Origin: a virus
Taxonomy: Duplodnaviria > Caudoviricetes
DNA length: 37,162 bases
Reading direction: 5' to 3' (one strand)
IMG/VR virus record: IMGVR_UViG_3300042396_000043
Span: 1-37,162 of that record
The notes under the pieces were generated by a model. That model worked only from the letters and a program-made list of their open reading frames with translations. It was not told the origin of the DNA and ran no database searches. Shown piece after piece: positions 1-8,876 of the stretch. Position 1 is the stretch's first letter, and the number at the start of each line of letters is the position of its first letter. The position numbers and the translations under genes were made by a program.

Positions 1-127
1 CCACGGTTAATCTTTTGACGGAGTGTGCTTCGCTGAAGTGTACCAAGACCAAGATTAAAGCTGAAGCTAACAAGAGAGTCAAACATACCTTGTGTAAGTT
101 TTGCAGATATATAGCGTTTAACCCCAC
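1..127. repeat. 127-bp terminal direct repeat identical to 37036..37162 (circular assembly overlap)
   Basis: Exact match of the first and last 127 nt; the lysozyme ORF reads through the join. Confidence 0.97.
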
Positions 128-332
128 GTTCAAATCTGTAGACATCCTTAGCCAGTAAGTCATCAACTTCCTTTACTGAAAATGCACGATTCCAATTATC
201 TGGCAGAACACTACCGTCACCAATAAGATGACCGCATCCAACAGTCCAGAGTCCAGCCGGACAACGATATGGTTTAAGTTTGATACCTTCATAGCGTTTG
301 ATTAAATCCAAGCCACGTTGTGATGTCTTCAT
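1..332 (-). CDS. GH24 (T4/P21-like) endolysin, 5' part; continues across the origin to 36924 (147 aa total)
   Basis: Manual translation from ATG at 332: MKTSQRGLDLIKRYEGIKLKPYRCPAGLWTVGCGH...; E-x8-C-x5-T triad; ATGA overlap with the holin stop. Confidence 0.93.
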   Translation of the reverse strand, partial: MKTSQRGLDLIKRYEGIKLKPYRCPAGLWTVGCGHLIGDGSVLPDNWNRAFSVKEVDDLLAKDVYRFERGVKRYISAKLTQGMFDSLVSFSFNLGLGTLQRSTLRQKINR

Positions 333-811
333 TTTGCAAAGGCACGTGTACCAAAGTGAAAGGCTACGATTGATGCCCATACGGTTTGCATATCATCAGA
401 CCACAATGTACGCATAGCATCGTTATAACTTATGTTAGTGTGAATGGCATAATAAAATCCAAATAACTCAACCACAACCAACAAGCCAAACAGACCAAAA
501 GTAATGGCAGGGCGAACCATAGCACGTAAGTTAATAACCCACGTAGATGCGCCTTTACCGATTTCGATGTCGTGATTATATAAGGCAGTTCTTTCTTCCC
601 CAGCGACTTGCGTTTGTATTTGGTCATATTTAATCTCCTCAATGTCCTTCTGAAGTACGTAACCAGCTTTCTGTAATTCTAGCTGTTGCGACATTTGTAA
701 TTGAGCCATAGCTAGTTCGTGTTTATTGTCAGACTTGTTTTGAAAGAAGTCTAATATCTTAGGCACACCGCCAGTTAAAAAAGATACAAGTGTAGTTAGT
801 AAAGTAAAAAT
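329..811 (-). CDS. Holin-like membrane protein (GTA 3TM-holin-like); probable ATT start at 811
   Basis: Hydrophobic N-terminus, coiled region, VRPAITFGLF TM segment and VAFHFGTR C-terminus; directly upstream of the endolysin; AAGGAG 7 nt before ATT. Confidence 0.65.
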   Translation of the reverse strand: MFTLLTTLVSFLTGGVPKILDFFQNKSDNKHELAMAQLQMSQQLELQKAGYVLQKDIEEIKYDQIQTQVAGEERTALYNHDIEIGKGASTWVINLRAMVRPAITFGLFGLLVVVELFGFYYAIHTNISYNDAMRTLWSDDMQTVWASIVAFHFGTRAFAK

Positions 812-812
812 T

Positions 813-1011
813 TTAATTCTCCTTAATTTTTTTCCATCTATTAAAGCCACCTTCTGATATTTTTTTTCTATGTTCTAAAGAAAGTTTTTTACCAATATGT
901 GATTTTGCTAAATTTAATTTATGTTGTTCAGATTTTGGTTTCCCACGACTTGCTTGCCACATTTTTTCCATTACTTCTATGTTGATATACATAAAAAGAA
1001 CAATTTTCCAT
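813..1011 (-). pseudogene. Internally deleted GIY-YIG/NUMOD3 homing endonuclease remnant
   Basis: ATG at 1011 gives MENCSFYVYQHRS; a second frame (971..813) gives ...GKPKSEQHKLNLAKSHIGKKLSLEHRKKISEG... (NUMOD3-like repeats). Confidence 0.65.
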
Positions 1012-1016
1012 TTAAT

Positions 1017-1208
1017 CTAGCCATCCAATTCAGGTCGTTCGTTAATCTGCATCGCCAAGCCATCTACGTCTTCAAAAATACATACCTCTGACTGGTCATC
1101 TAAGAATATGACTAATTCACCGTCAAAGATACCTACTTCTTCTATGGTCTTGCCTATCATGTGTTCAAAGTAATCCTGCGCACCACCAAACAAGTTATGT
1201 ACGGTCAT
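1017..1208 (-). CDS. Hypothetical acidic protein (63 aa)
   Basis: ORF track; fits the tightly packed operon. Confidence 0.7.
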   Translation of the reverse strand: MTVHNLFGGAQDYFEHMIGKTIEEVGIFDGELVIFLDDQSEVCIFEDVDGLAMQINERPELDG

Positions 1209-1368
1209 AATTTACGCCAATTAAATCACCAGAGTCTAGTATTTCATGTGTTAGTTCGTCTTCTGCTAAACAATTATCACAAGTAGTTTCATTACCTTGT
1301 TCATTAATAATAAAAGCCTTACGACAATGGTTACATAAACAAATGCGATTAATCATAGCTTGTTTCAT
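1195..1368 (-). CDS. Small zinc-ribbon protein (57 aa)
   Basis: MKQAMINRICLCNHC...CDNC with two CxxC motifs; ATG at 1368 overlaps the upstream TGA. Confidence 0.65.
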   Translation of the reverse strand: MKQAMINRICLCNHCRKAFIINEQGNETTCDNCLAEDELTHEILDSGDLIGVNYDRT

Positions 1369-1541
1369 TTTATTACCCAACCGTGAGCAGCAGCGTAGGC
1401 ATACAGAAACATACCTAGAGCCACCGATGTGATACCACGCAATGTCCACTTGCCAACCGTAGCAAATTGCTTGTCTAGCCACTCAGAAATAGCCTCTTTG
1501 AATGCTGCTTTGTGTAGTTCTTTTTGTTCTTCTGGAGTCAT
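1365..1541 (-). CDS. Small single-TM membrane protein (58 aa), possible lysis accessory
   Basis: Manual translation MTPEEQKELHKAAFKEAISEWLDKQFATVGKWTLRGITSVALGMFLYAYAAAHGWVIK; AAGGA RBS; below the ORF-track cutoff. Confidence 0.75.
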   Translation of the reverse strand: MTPEEQKELHKAAFKEAISEWLDKQFATVGKWTLRGITSVALGMFLYAYAAAHGWVIK

Positions 1542-1550
1542 ACTATTTCC

Positions 1551-2954
1551 TTATTTTTCTAATAAACCTTGTTGTGTGTTTAATTGATTTATTGAAGTAA
1601 CGCCTGATGAGGCAGGTAATCCAATTAATCCTTTATTTGATGGAGTAGGAACGCGAGATAATGCTTTTTGCGTTTGATACATCATTCGTGCTATTAATGC
1701 TTTAAACGCATCACTTCTATCAGCCATCATGCCAGCTAATTGAACAGGGTCTGATGCAAGACCAGCAATCCCAACAGGATTATTTTTTAATGCTGTATAT
1801 GCCCTAGACTCTGCAACATCTAAAGCATTAATTAATTGTGATTCTTTAGCATTTAATAAGTTTACAGGTTCAACTTGTGCAATTTCTTCTTTAAGCCCTT
1901 TTGCACCTGCTCGTAACGCTTCTTTAGTAAATCCACCTAGTTCATTAAAGTTTTTAGTACCTATTGCTTTATATGTACCTTGTTTTAATTTTTGTGCTAA
2001 TTGAACTGGTATTTCTGTCCCAGTAGCAAGTGGATGTGCAATAAATTGGTCTTTAACTGCTTGAACAGCAGCAATATCTGCATCTGGTGCAAGTGAGTAT
2101 TTTGCTTTTTCCATTAAGTCATCTAAATATCCAATGACTGATGTTTTACTAATAGTTTTATTTGAACTTTTAATAATGTTTGATATTTCATCATTTAAAG
2201 CACCAATTTTTGATTCTAATGTATTTAACCCACGACCAAATATAGTACGATTAACAGTAGGATTTACACCTTCTTCTAATAATGTTTGTACTGCTTTTTG
2301 CCCTGCACCAGAAGTTAATTCTGATTTTGCTGGTTTAACAGCAGACATCATTAATTTATTTGCGCCAGCACTTAATGGTGCTTGCAGAAGTTTAGGTGCA
2401 TTAGGTATCAATCCACTTGTTAAAGCACCAATACCTAAATTTTCCAATCTGCTTTCTTGACCTAATGTTGGTTGTAATCCACTTAAAACACCACCAGCAA
2501 GCATACTTCCAGCAGTTCTATTCGCACCTGGAACAAATGCTAATGGAACGGCTGTAGCTATATTACCTGCAATAGCACCTATAGGGGCTTCTTCAGCAAT
2601 TAATCTATTTTCTTTAATCTGAGAAGTATCATATAGCTTTTTAGGTAAAGCTATATAACCTTGAACTGGCGATGATGATGTTTCTCCAGTATTAGGATTT
2701 ATATATTGTTGTGGATTTTGCAAGTCACTAAATAATTGTTTAGCACCTTCTAATAAATTAGATGGAGCAGTTGCAGCACCTTTTATATTACGAGATAACC
2801 ATGACTCTTGTTGCAAAGCAGCACGTTTAGCATCATTAATTTGTTTTTTGCCTTCTAATTCAGCATAATCTAATATGTTTTTTTGAGAAGTGCCTTTTGG
2901 TGCAGTTACGATATATTTTTGACCATCTGGTGATGTAACTTCAAATTCTTCCAT
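1551..2954 (-). CDS. Putative internal virion/DNA ejection protein (467 aa)
   Basis: Start MEEFEVTSPDG with GGAG RBS; Gly/Ala-rich hydrophobic stretch; last of the ejection-protein block. Confidence 0.6.
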   Translation of the reverse strand: MEEFEVTSPDGQKYIVTAPKGTSQKNILDYAELEGKKQINDAKRAALQQESWLSRNIKGAATAPSNLLEGAKQLFSDLQNPQQYINPNTGETSSSPVQGYIALPKKLYDTSQIKENRLIAEEAPIGAIAGNIATAVPLAFVPGANRTAGSMLAGGVLSGLQPTLGQESRLENLGIGALTSGLIPNAPKLLQAPLSAGANKLMMSAVKPAKSELTSGAGQKAVQTLLEEGVNPTVNRTIFGRGLNTLESKIGALNDEISNIIKSSNKTISKTSVIGYLDDLMEKAKYSLAPDADIAAVQAVKDQFIAHPLATGTEIPVQLAQKLKQGTYKAIGTKNFNELGGFTKEALRAGAKGLKEEIAQVEPVNLLNAKESQLINALDVAESRAYTALKNNPVGIAGLASDPVQLAGMMADRSDAFKALIARMMYQTQKALSRVPTPSNKGLIGLPASSGVTSINQLNTQQGLLEK

Positions 2955-2955
2955 A

Positions 2956-3588
2956 TTATTCTCCAGAAGGTACTGGGCTAGAAGATACTGGTCTAATTGA
3001 CCATCCAGATTTAACTTTATTATATTGTGTTGGTGGATTTTTTGTTGACCATATTTTTTCAGCACCATTTAGATGACCATATTGGTCATAATAGCTTTGT
3101 AAAAAATCAACTTTAGCTTTAGCCTTATCATATTGTTTTTGATACAAGTCACGAATTTGTCTATTTGCTTCACCACCTTTGCTGATGCTTGGCAATGATT
3201 CTAAATATAATGAAATATCTTTATCTGAAGTTGTACCAGAACCTTCTACTCGTTTATTAGGTGCTATTTCAGATGTAATACTTTGCATTACTTTTTCAGC
3301 GTCACCTCTAAAAGATTCTGGCATCAATGATGCTAATGAACCTTCGTATAATGCGCCAGTTCTATTTTGAGTGTTTAAATCAATAAATTTATTAAGTAAA
3401 GATAAGTTATTTGAACCTTTATTTAAAACTTCATAACTAGCATCTAATTTTTTCTGTGCAAGTTCAGCAGCCCTATCTAATGCTTTATCTCTAATTTGAC
3501 CAGGCAATCCCTGTCCAGGAGTTCTAACTCCAGTAGGGGCAAGTGCTGATTGCGCATTCCCATATAGTAATTGTGATAAATCAGCCAT
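2956..3588 (-). CDS. Putative internal virion/ejection protein
   Basis: Helical protein containing GSGTTSDKDI, in the ejection-protein block. Confidence 0.55.
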   Translation of the reverse strand: MADLSQLLYGNAQSALAPTGVRTPGQGLPGQIRDKALDRAAELAQKKLDASYEVLNKGSNNLSLLNKFIDLNTQNRTGALYEGSLASLMPESFRGDAEKVMQSITSEIAPNKRVEGSGTTSDKDISLYLESLPSISKGGEANRQIRDLYQKQYDKAKAKVDFLQSYYDQYGHLNGAEKIWSTKNPPTQYNKVKSGWSIRPVSSSPVPSGE

Positions 3589-4529
3589 TAGTTTACTCCT
3601 TGAATTTTAATACCACGTCTTTTTAAATCAGCTTGCACTTGTTTAATTGTTTTTCCAGAACCGACTGCTGTATCTGCTACATCTTGAGCAGTCCATACTT
3701 TAGGAAGAGCAGCAGGAGTAGGTGTAGTACCATATTTATATGCAAATTCTTCTTCTTGTAATTGTTGTGCAGCATTTTTAAGTGGGGCTTGTGCTTGCGC
3801 TTGAGCAGTCCATTTATTTTGTAAAAACTTCATAAACTCTGGGTCTTGTTTTGCACGTTCAAATTCTTGTACAGATGCAATATCAGCAGATGCTTTAGGT
3901 ATGGCACGTAATTTAGTTGTATCATAGCCTGATTGAATAAAATTAGCCCATGATTCTGAAGTAAAGTTTTGTGGTTCTAATTTACCAATAGGTGAATCTG
4001 TTGTTTGTTTAGCTTGCAGTTCTAAATACTTATCAAACGGCAATGCCCCAGATTGTAATGCTTCATTCATCATTACTTTTGGGTCAAAGTATTGTTGTTG
4101 AGTAACAACAGGTGCTTGCATTTGTGTTTGATAGTTTGGTGCTTCTGTACCTTGCGCCATAGGAACTTGTGCAGTTTCTTGCATAACAACATCACGAGTA
4201 GCATTAGGTTGACCAATACGGCTTCTAAATAAGTCTTGTGCTGCTTGTTGTTTTTGTTGACGTTGCATCTCAGCAATCTTTTGTCGTGTCATGTAATCTT
4301 GTGCAGCAGCATCGTAAACGCCTTGTGAACCTGTCATACCTGATTGCAAAGATTGTGCCAAGATACGACCAAGTCCTAAGTTTTGGTTCTTAGGTGCTGC
4401 AAGATAACCTAAAGCTGTGTTAATTAACCCAGTAGTCATAGCCTTACGTTGCAAATCTTTTGTGGCTTGTTCACCTAAAAGACCTGCTAATGACTCTGGT
4501 GCTGTACCAAATATATTAAAATCAGCCAT
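3588..4529 (-). CDS. Putative internal virion/ejection protein (Gln-rich)
   Basis: Q/A-rich helical composition; position after tail genes. Confidence 0.55.
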   Translation of the reverse strand: MADFNIFGTAPESLAGLLGEQATKDLQRKAMTTGLINTALGYLAAPKNQNLGLGRILAQSLQSGMTGSQGVYDAAAQDYMTRQKIAEMQRQQKQQAAQDLFRSRIGQPNATRDVVMQETAQVPMAQGTEAPNYQTQMQAPVVTQQQYFDPKVMMNEALQSGALPFDKYLELQAKQTTDSPIGKLEPQNFTSESWANFIQSGYDTTKLRAIPKASADIASVQEFERAKQDPEFMKFLQNKWTAQAQAQAPLKNAAQQLQEEEFAYKYGTTPTPAALPKVWTAQDVADTAVGSGKTIKQVQADLKRRGIKIQGVN

Positions 4530-5130
4530 TTTGACTCATCCTTCTTTTACGTGAAGATACTGCTACATTACTCATAGGTTGATACTGAACTGCGCCACCT
4601 TGCCTAATACCACCACCACCGCCAAAGTTAGGTGCTGGAGTAGGTTGTGCTAGTATTTGACTAACTCCAAGTAAGTTTTGTGGAGTGGCAAAGTCTGAAG
4701 CGTATTGACTAAACTGGTCAAGATAACTAGATGGAACTTGTCCAATGTTATTAGCAGCCAAAGCATCAGCAACACCGGCAGGTAATTGAACACCTTGACC
4801 TATTGCACTTTCTAATGCACTTGTTGGAATGCCTGGTGCACCGCTAGATAACACAGAACTTGGATTAAACACCATGTCTTGACCTGCATCTAATAAGCCT
4901 ACACCCATGCCTTGACCTGCGCCTTGAGCAGCACCAACAGCAGACTGACCAGCAGCACCTTGTGCAGCACCAGTAGCACCAGCCATGCCAGTTAAACCAC
5001 CACCAACACCGCCTAAAGCACCACCTAATGCAGCACCTTTAAGAATACCGCCAAGACCTTTGCCTTGAAGTAGTTTTGTACCACCGCCTACGGCAGCACC
5101 TATCATAATTGGAACGGCTAATTGACCCAT
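4522..5130 (-). CDS. Gly/Ala-rich putative ejection (membrane-penetrating) protein
   Basis: GAALGGALGGVGGG glycine-zipper N-terminus. Confidence 0.55.
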   Translation of the reverse strand: MGQLAVPIMIGAAVGGGTKLLQGKGLGGILKGAALGGALGGVGGGLTGMAGATGAAQGAAGQSAVGAAQGAGQGMGVGLLDAGQDMVFNPSSVLSSGAPGIPTSALESAIGQGVQLPAGVADALAANNIGQVPSSYLDQFSQYASDFATPQNLLGVSQILAQPTPAPNFGGGGGIRQGGAVQYQPMSNVAVSSRKRRMSQNG

Positions 5131-5131
5131 A

Positions 5132-6256
5132 CTAATACCCCTTCACTTTACCAACAACGTAGCAGATAGGTTCAATGACAGCACGATAGATGCGACCTAG
5201 TGGGTCACGCTTCTTACCACGCATCTCTTTCCATAAGTCAGCAGTACGATGACGTGCAATATGCTCTGCAACACGTCTTACAGCTTTTCTAAGCGCATTT
5301 GGTGTACCGTTGAAGGCATAGGCTACGACAGGCAAGAATAATGTGTGATAGCCCTTCTCAATCGTCTTAGCATTTGGCATAGTGGCAGAATGTTGTAACC
5401 AGATAGCTTGACGGAATGAACCGAAGCCATAAGCCTGATTCATTGCAGTACATACTATTTTACCACCACTTGATGTACTTGTAGTAACAGAACCTTGAGG
5501 TGCGCCATAAGCAGAGTTAAGATAAGTAGATAATTTTTGATACGGCAAGTTTTGTTCAAAGTTAAACCGATTGATGTCAGCTTCAAGTGCATTTTGTTGG
5601 TAGTCTTCTTGAGTTCTACCTACGTTAGCAAGTTGAGCAATATCACCGTAATCAGCAGCAGCCAAAGCAGGTGCATTACCGGCAGCAGCTTCTTGTCTTG
5701 CACGTTCAGCACCGTAGTTTTGGTAAGCAAGTTCACCGTACTTATTAGCTAAAGTGTTGCTTAAAGTTTGCGCTGCACGATTTTGTAAATCAGCAGATAC
5801 ACCTGAGCCATAGCGACCAGCCATTGATGCGCCACCTTGTGCTTGTTTAATGGCATCGTAATAGTTTTGTTGTGCGCCTTGTGCTGCCCCAGCCAATGCT
5901 TGATTAAAGTATGGGTTGCTGTTTAGATAGTTGCCACTAATAACATCTTGTTGTTGTTGTTGTGCTGCCGGTAATAATGGATTACCCATTGTTGCACGAT
6001 TAGTAGTAGCCTGTAATGCTTGCTGTGTTGTAGCAGATGGACTTACATAAGTTTGACCAGGATAATATGCTGGCGTATTAGTTTGATATAAATTCTTAGC
6101 TTCACTCAGACCGTATTGAATGTATGGCTTAAGCATTGGGTCTATCCCAGTTTGGGATTTTTGTTGTTGACTACCACCGCCACCTTCCAATGTCATTCTT
6201 TTACCGACTGGTTGAAACGCTAACTCTGGTAACATATCTAAATGGTTGTAACGCAT
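5132..6256 (-). CDS. Putative DNA transfer/pilot protein (P22 gp7-like position)
   Basis: Leader followed by GGGGS, Q/A-rich helical body, C-terminal GGKIVCTAM domain. Confidence 0.55.
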   Translation of the reverse strand: MRYNHLDMLPELAFQPVGKRMTLEGGGGSQQQKSQTGIDPMLKPYIQYGLSEAKNLYQTNTPAYYPGQTYVSPSATTQQALQATTNRATMGNPLLPAAQQQQQDVISGNYLNSNPYFNQALAGAAQGAQQNYYDAIKQAQGGASMAGRYGSGVSADLQNRAAQTLSNTLANKYGELAYQNYGAERARQEAAAGNAPALAAADYGDIAQLANVGRTQEDYQQNALEADINRFNFEQNLPYQKLSTYLNSAYGAPQGSVTTSTSSGGKIVCTAMNQAYGFGSFRQAIWLQHSATMPNAKTIEKGYHTLFLPVVAYAFNGTPNALRKAVRRVAEHIARHRTADLWKEMRGKKRDPLGRIYRAVIEPICYVVGKVKGY

Positions 6257-6265
6257 ACTATCTCC

Positions 6266-6658
6266 TTAAACTTTCATTTCCCATGTTGATGGGTTAAATC
6301 CTAATTGTTTTGCCTTTTTATCCCACCCTCTACGGGCAGATGCAAACGTTAATTTATTATAGCCACCTTCCTTAGCAATAGCCTTAGCATGAAATAATCC
6401 TTCTGATATATCTTGATTATTGTCTAGCCAAGCTGCCCATAGGTGCATAGAATGTCCGTTAGGTTGCATTACCATAAAGCCTATATTTACATCATCTTTA
6501 ATACACAAAAACAGTAGTGACCTTTGTTCATAACAGTCGCAATAAATGTCTTCTACTATCCAATCATTGTGTCCTTTACTTCTTACCTTTTCTAAGCCAC
6601 TCTTAACAAATTCCCAGTTGGTTCTTAGTTGGTCTTTTGATATGTATTTAACTTGCAT
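6266..6658 (-). CDS. GNAT-like protein (P22 gp14/T7 gp13-like position)
   Basis: 130 aa with IGFMVM...HLWAAW...RRGWDK...LGF pattern, between tail and ejection genes. Confidence 0.5.
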   Translation of the reverse strand: MQVKYISKDQLRTNWEFVKSGLEKVRSKGHNDWIVEDIYCDCYEQRSLLFLCIKDDVNIGFMVMQPNGHSMHLWAAWLDNNQDISEGLFHAKAIAKEGGYNKLTFASARRGWDKKAKQLGFNPSTWEMKV

Positions 6659-7449
6659 TAACCTACCACAACATATCCATAAGTTTTATCTGAAACTGAA
6701 TTAGCATAATGAGTTAATGTAGCAGAACCTTTAGTTTGTGCGCTTACATACGGTGATTGTATTGGAGATGCTAATGTCAATGTTACTACGCTAGACGGTA
6801 TTGATGGTCTAGCAAATGGTGTAGTTTGTGCTGCGTATGCTTCTATATAAGTACCAGTTGCAGCAATTGCTATGCCAAGTTCAATGTAATCACCAGCATT
6901 ACATGTAACAAAAAAGTTAGCCACGGCTACTAAATAACCATCAGAAGAACCATGCTTTGATGGAACATCAAATTTGCTTGCTGTACCTGCTATATTTGTA
7001 CCATTTAATTTTAACCATACAGACGTTGCATCTACTTGAGTTGTTGTATTGGCTAATTGTAACGAAAACTGTACATTATAAGTACCAGCATTCCTTACAT
7101 ATATCTTATTAGCTGATAGGTATGAACCATCAGCAATATCTGTTGTGTTCAATGCAACAGTATAAGCAGTATTAGCTGCTGCAAATGTTTGGTCTACTGT
7201 ATTTTGATATGACGCATACGGTACTAAGTTATTTCCTGCTGCTGACGATATTGGAGTTAACAATATAACTGAATTATAACCAATACGTTCATTATAAATA
7301 GTTGTAGTGGTTGCATTGCCTGTAGCTAATGTTATCGTGCCGGTATTATTAGACTTACCATTCATTAGGTTGTTGACCACCTCTGATATTTCACGAGGTG
7401 AACCACCGGCAGGATTAAGGTTTCTGTATTGTTGATTAACAACGGTCAT
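6658..7449 (-). CDS. Tail-associated protein with an internal C1q/BclA-like beta domain
   Basis: IYVRNAGTYNVQFSLQL...VWLKLNG...AGDYIEL jelly-roll pattern. Confidence 0.5.
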   Translation of the reverse strand: MTVVNQQYRNLNPAGGSPREISEVVNNLMNGKSNNTGTITLATGNATTTTIYNERIGYNSVILLTPISSAAGNNLVPYASYQNTVDQTFAAANTAYTVALNTTDIADGSYLSANKIYVRNAGTYNVQFSLQLANTTTQVDATSVWLKLNGTNIAGTASKFDVPSKHGSSDGYLVAVANFFVTCNAGDYIELGIAIAATGTYIEAYAAQTTPFARPSIPSSVVTLTLASPIQSPYVSAQTKGSATLTHYANSVSDKTYGYVVVG

Positions 7450-8876
7450 CGTGTACCTTGTGCAGTAACATCAACATCAATAGCTAAAATGTTTGACCAG
7501 TTATCTCCAGTTGGAATAACTGATAAACGATGGTATTTACCACTACTACGTAATGATACTCTATTATCGCTATCTGCTGGTGTGTATGAACCAAATGCAG
7601 GAACTTGGTTTAATAATGTGCGTGATGCAATAGCTACTTCTGCTGAACCATTATCTACTACTGGTCGTGCTAGTGTGACTACGGATGTCGCTTCACTTCC
7701 AATGTCACCAGTATTGATTTTAGCAGCAGCATTAGTGCCAGTAAATGTAATAATCTTTTCGCCACGAACACCACCAAATAAGAAACCACCACCAGACCAT
7801 AAACGGTCATCAAGTGATGTAGTTAAAGAGTCAATCGTACCGTAAGCATCTAAGCCTTCTAATGTAATACCAGCCGTTGCTACTCGGCATAAGTAGTTTA
7901 CATCAGTTGTACCATAAGACCATTTTTGAACTTGCCAGTTATAAATGATTAGTTGACGATTACCAAAGTTATCTAAAAAGTTCCATACGACAATTTTACG
8001 TACAGGGTCAACGGTGGCTGAAATAGTATCTAGTTTAGATGGATTAGCTGTTTCATAAAACCAACGGTCTACTTTCTCATTACCTATGGCTGTAATGGTT
8101 GTACCATCGCATGAATAAAAACCTTCGTCACCTAAGAAGTAAGTCATATTGCCATACTTAGTAACAGAGTTTCCTTCTACACAACCTAAACTGCGTGAAA
8201 TTGTATCAAACTGGAAGAAGTAAGGTGAACCTATGTATGACATACGAACAATGGCTCTGTCCATTAAGATTAAGCCAAATTCACCGCCTGTAATACCACG
8301 AATGTTACCGCCATCAGGCAAAATCTGAAAGTCAGATTGTGATGCTGCACCACTTACCCAGTTTGTTTCGTTATTGATGTCTGACCATTGAACCTTGTTA
8401 GCATTAGACCCACCATCTAAGTTAGCAGCTACGACAAAGTCACGAACAATCGTTACATACGTAGCAACAGGTGCATCAGCAGACAAATCATCAAATGTTG
8501 TACTTGAACCTAATGTATAGTATTGAAGTTTGTTTACATTATTTGCAGCAATAATAGTTTCACCAAATTGAGCAAAATTGGCTCTAGTAACATTAGAATA
8601 ACCACCTGTTTTAGATATGTCATCTAAATTAAGTGTTGTACTATCAAACTTAAATAGTTTAGTAGAACCGGCAGCAAATACTGATGTAGTACCGCTAAAC
8701 TTGCCAGCAAACGCATTGTTTAAATCTTCTGTTGCTGAATTAGAATAATTAACGGCAGTAGGGAATGGAGTATAACCAATAGCAGCAGGAACAACATTCT
8801 GTGCGACAGATAAGTTTTCAACTACACCTGGTTGGTCTGGAGTCCATTCTGTAAATGTTATACGTTGAGTTGCCAT
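7446..8876 (-). CDS. Tail nozzle/tubular protein (P22 gp10-like DNA stabilization protein)
   Basis: 476 aa beta-rich; VQWSDINNETNW and GC...SV motifs; podovirus synteny. Confidence 0.65.
   Translation of the reverse strand: MATQRITFTEWTPDQPGVVENLSVAQNVVPAAIGYTPFPTAVNYSNSATEDLNNAFAGKFSGTTSVFAAGSTKLFKFDSTTLNLDDISKTGGYSNVTRANFAQFGETIIAANNVNKLQYYTLGSSTTFDDLSADAPVATYVTIVRDFVVAANLDGGSNANKVQWSDINNETNWVSGAASQSDFQILPDGGNIRGITGGEFGLILMDRAIVRMSYIGSPYFFQFDTISRSLGCVEGNSVTKYGNMTYFLGDEGFYSCDGTTITAIGNEKVDRWFYETANPSKLDTISATVDPVRKIVVWNFLDNFGNRQLIIYNWQVQKWSYGTTDVNYLCRVATAGITLEGLDAYGTIDSLTTSLDDRLWSGGGFLFGGVRGEKIITFTGTNAAAKINTGDIGSEATSVVTLARPVVDNGSAEVAIASRTLLNQVPAFGSYTPADSDNRVSLRSSGKYHRLSVIPTGDNWSNILAIDVDVTAQGTR

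Noticed and set aside
1369-1482. N-terminal extension of ORF 1195..1482
   Set aside because: The region is occupied by the better-supported 58-aa ORF 1365..1541.
2955-3068. N-terminal extension of the 505-aa ORF
   Set aside because: Overlaps the upstream gene; the ATG at 2954 has a GGAG RBS.
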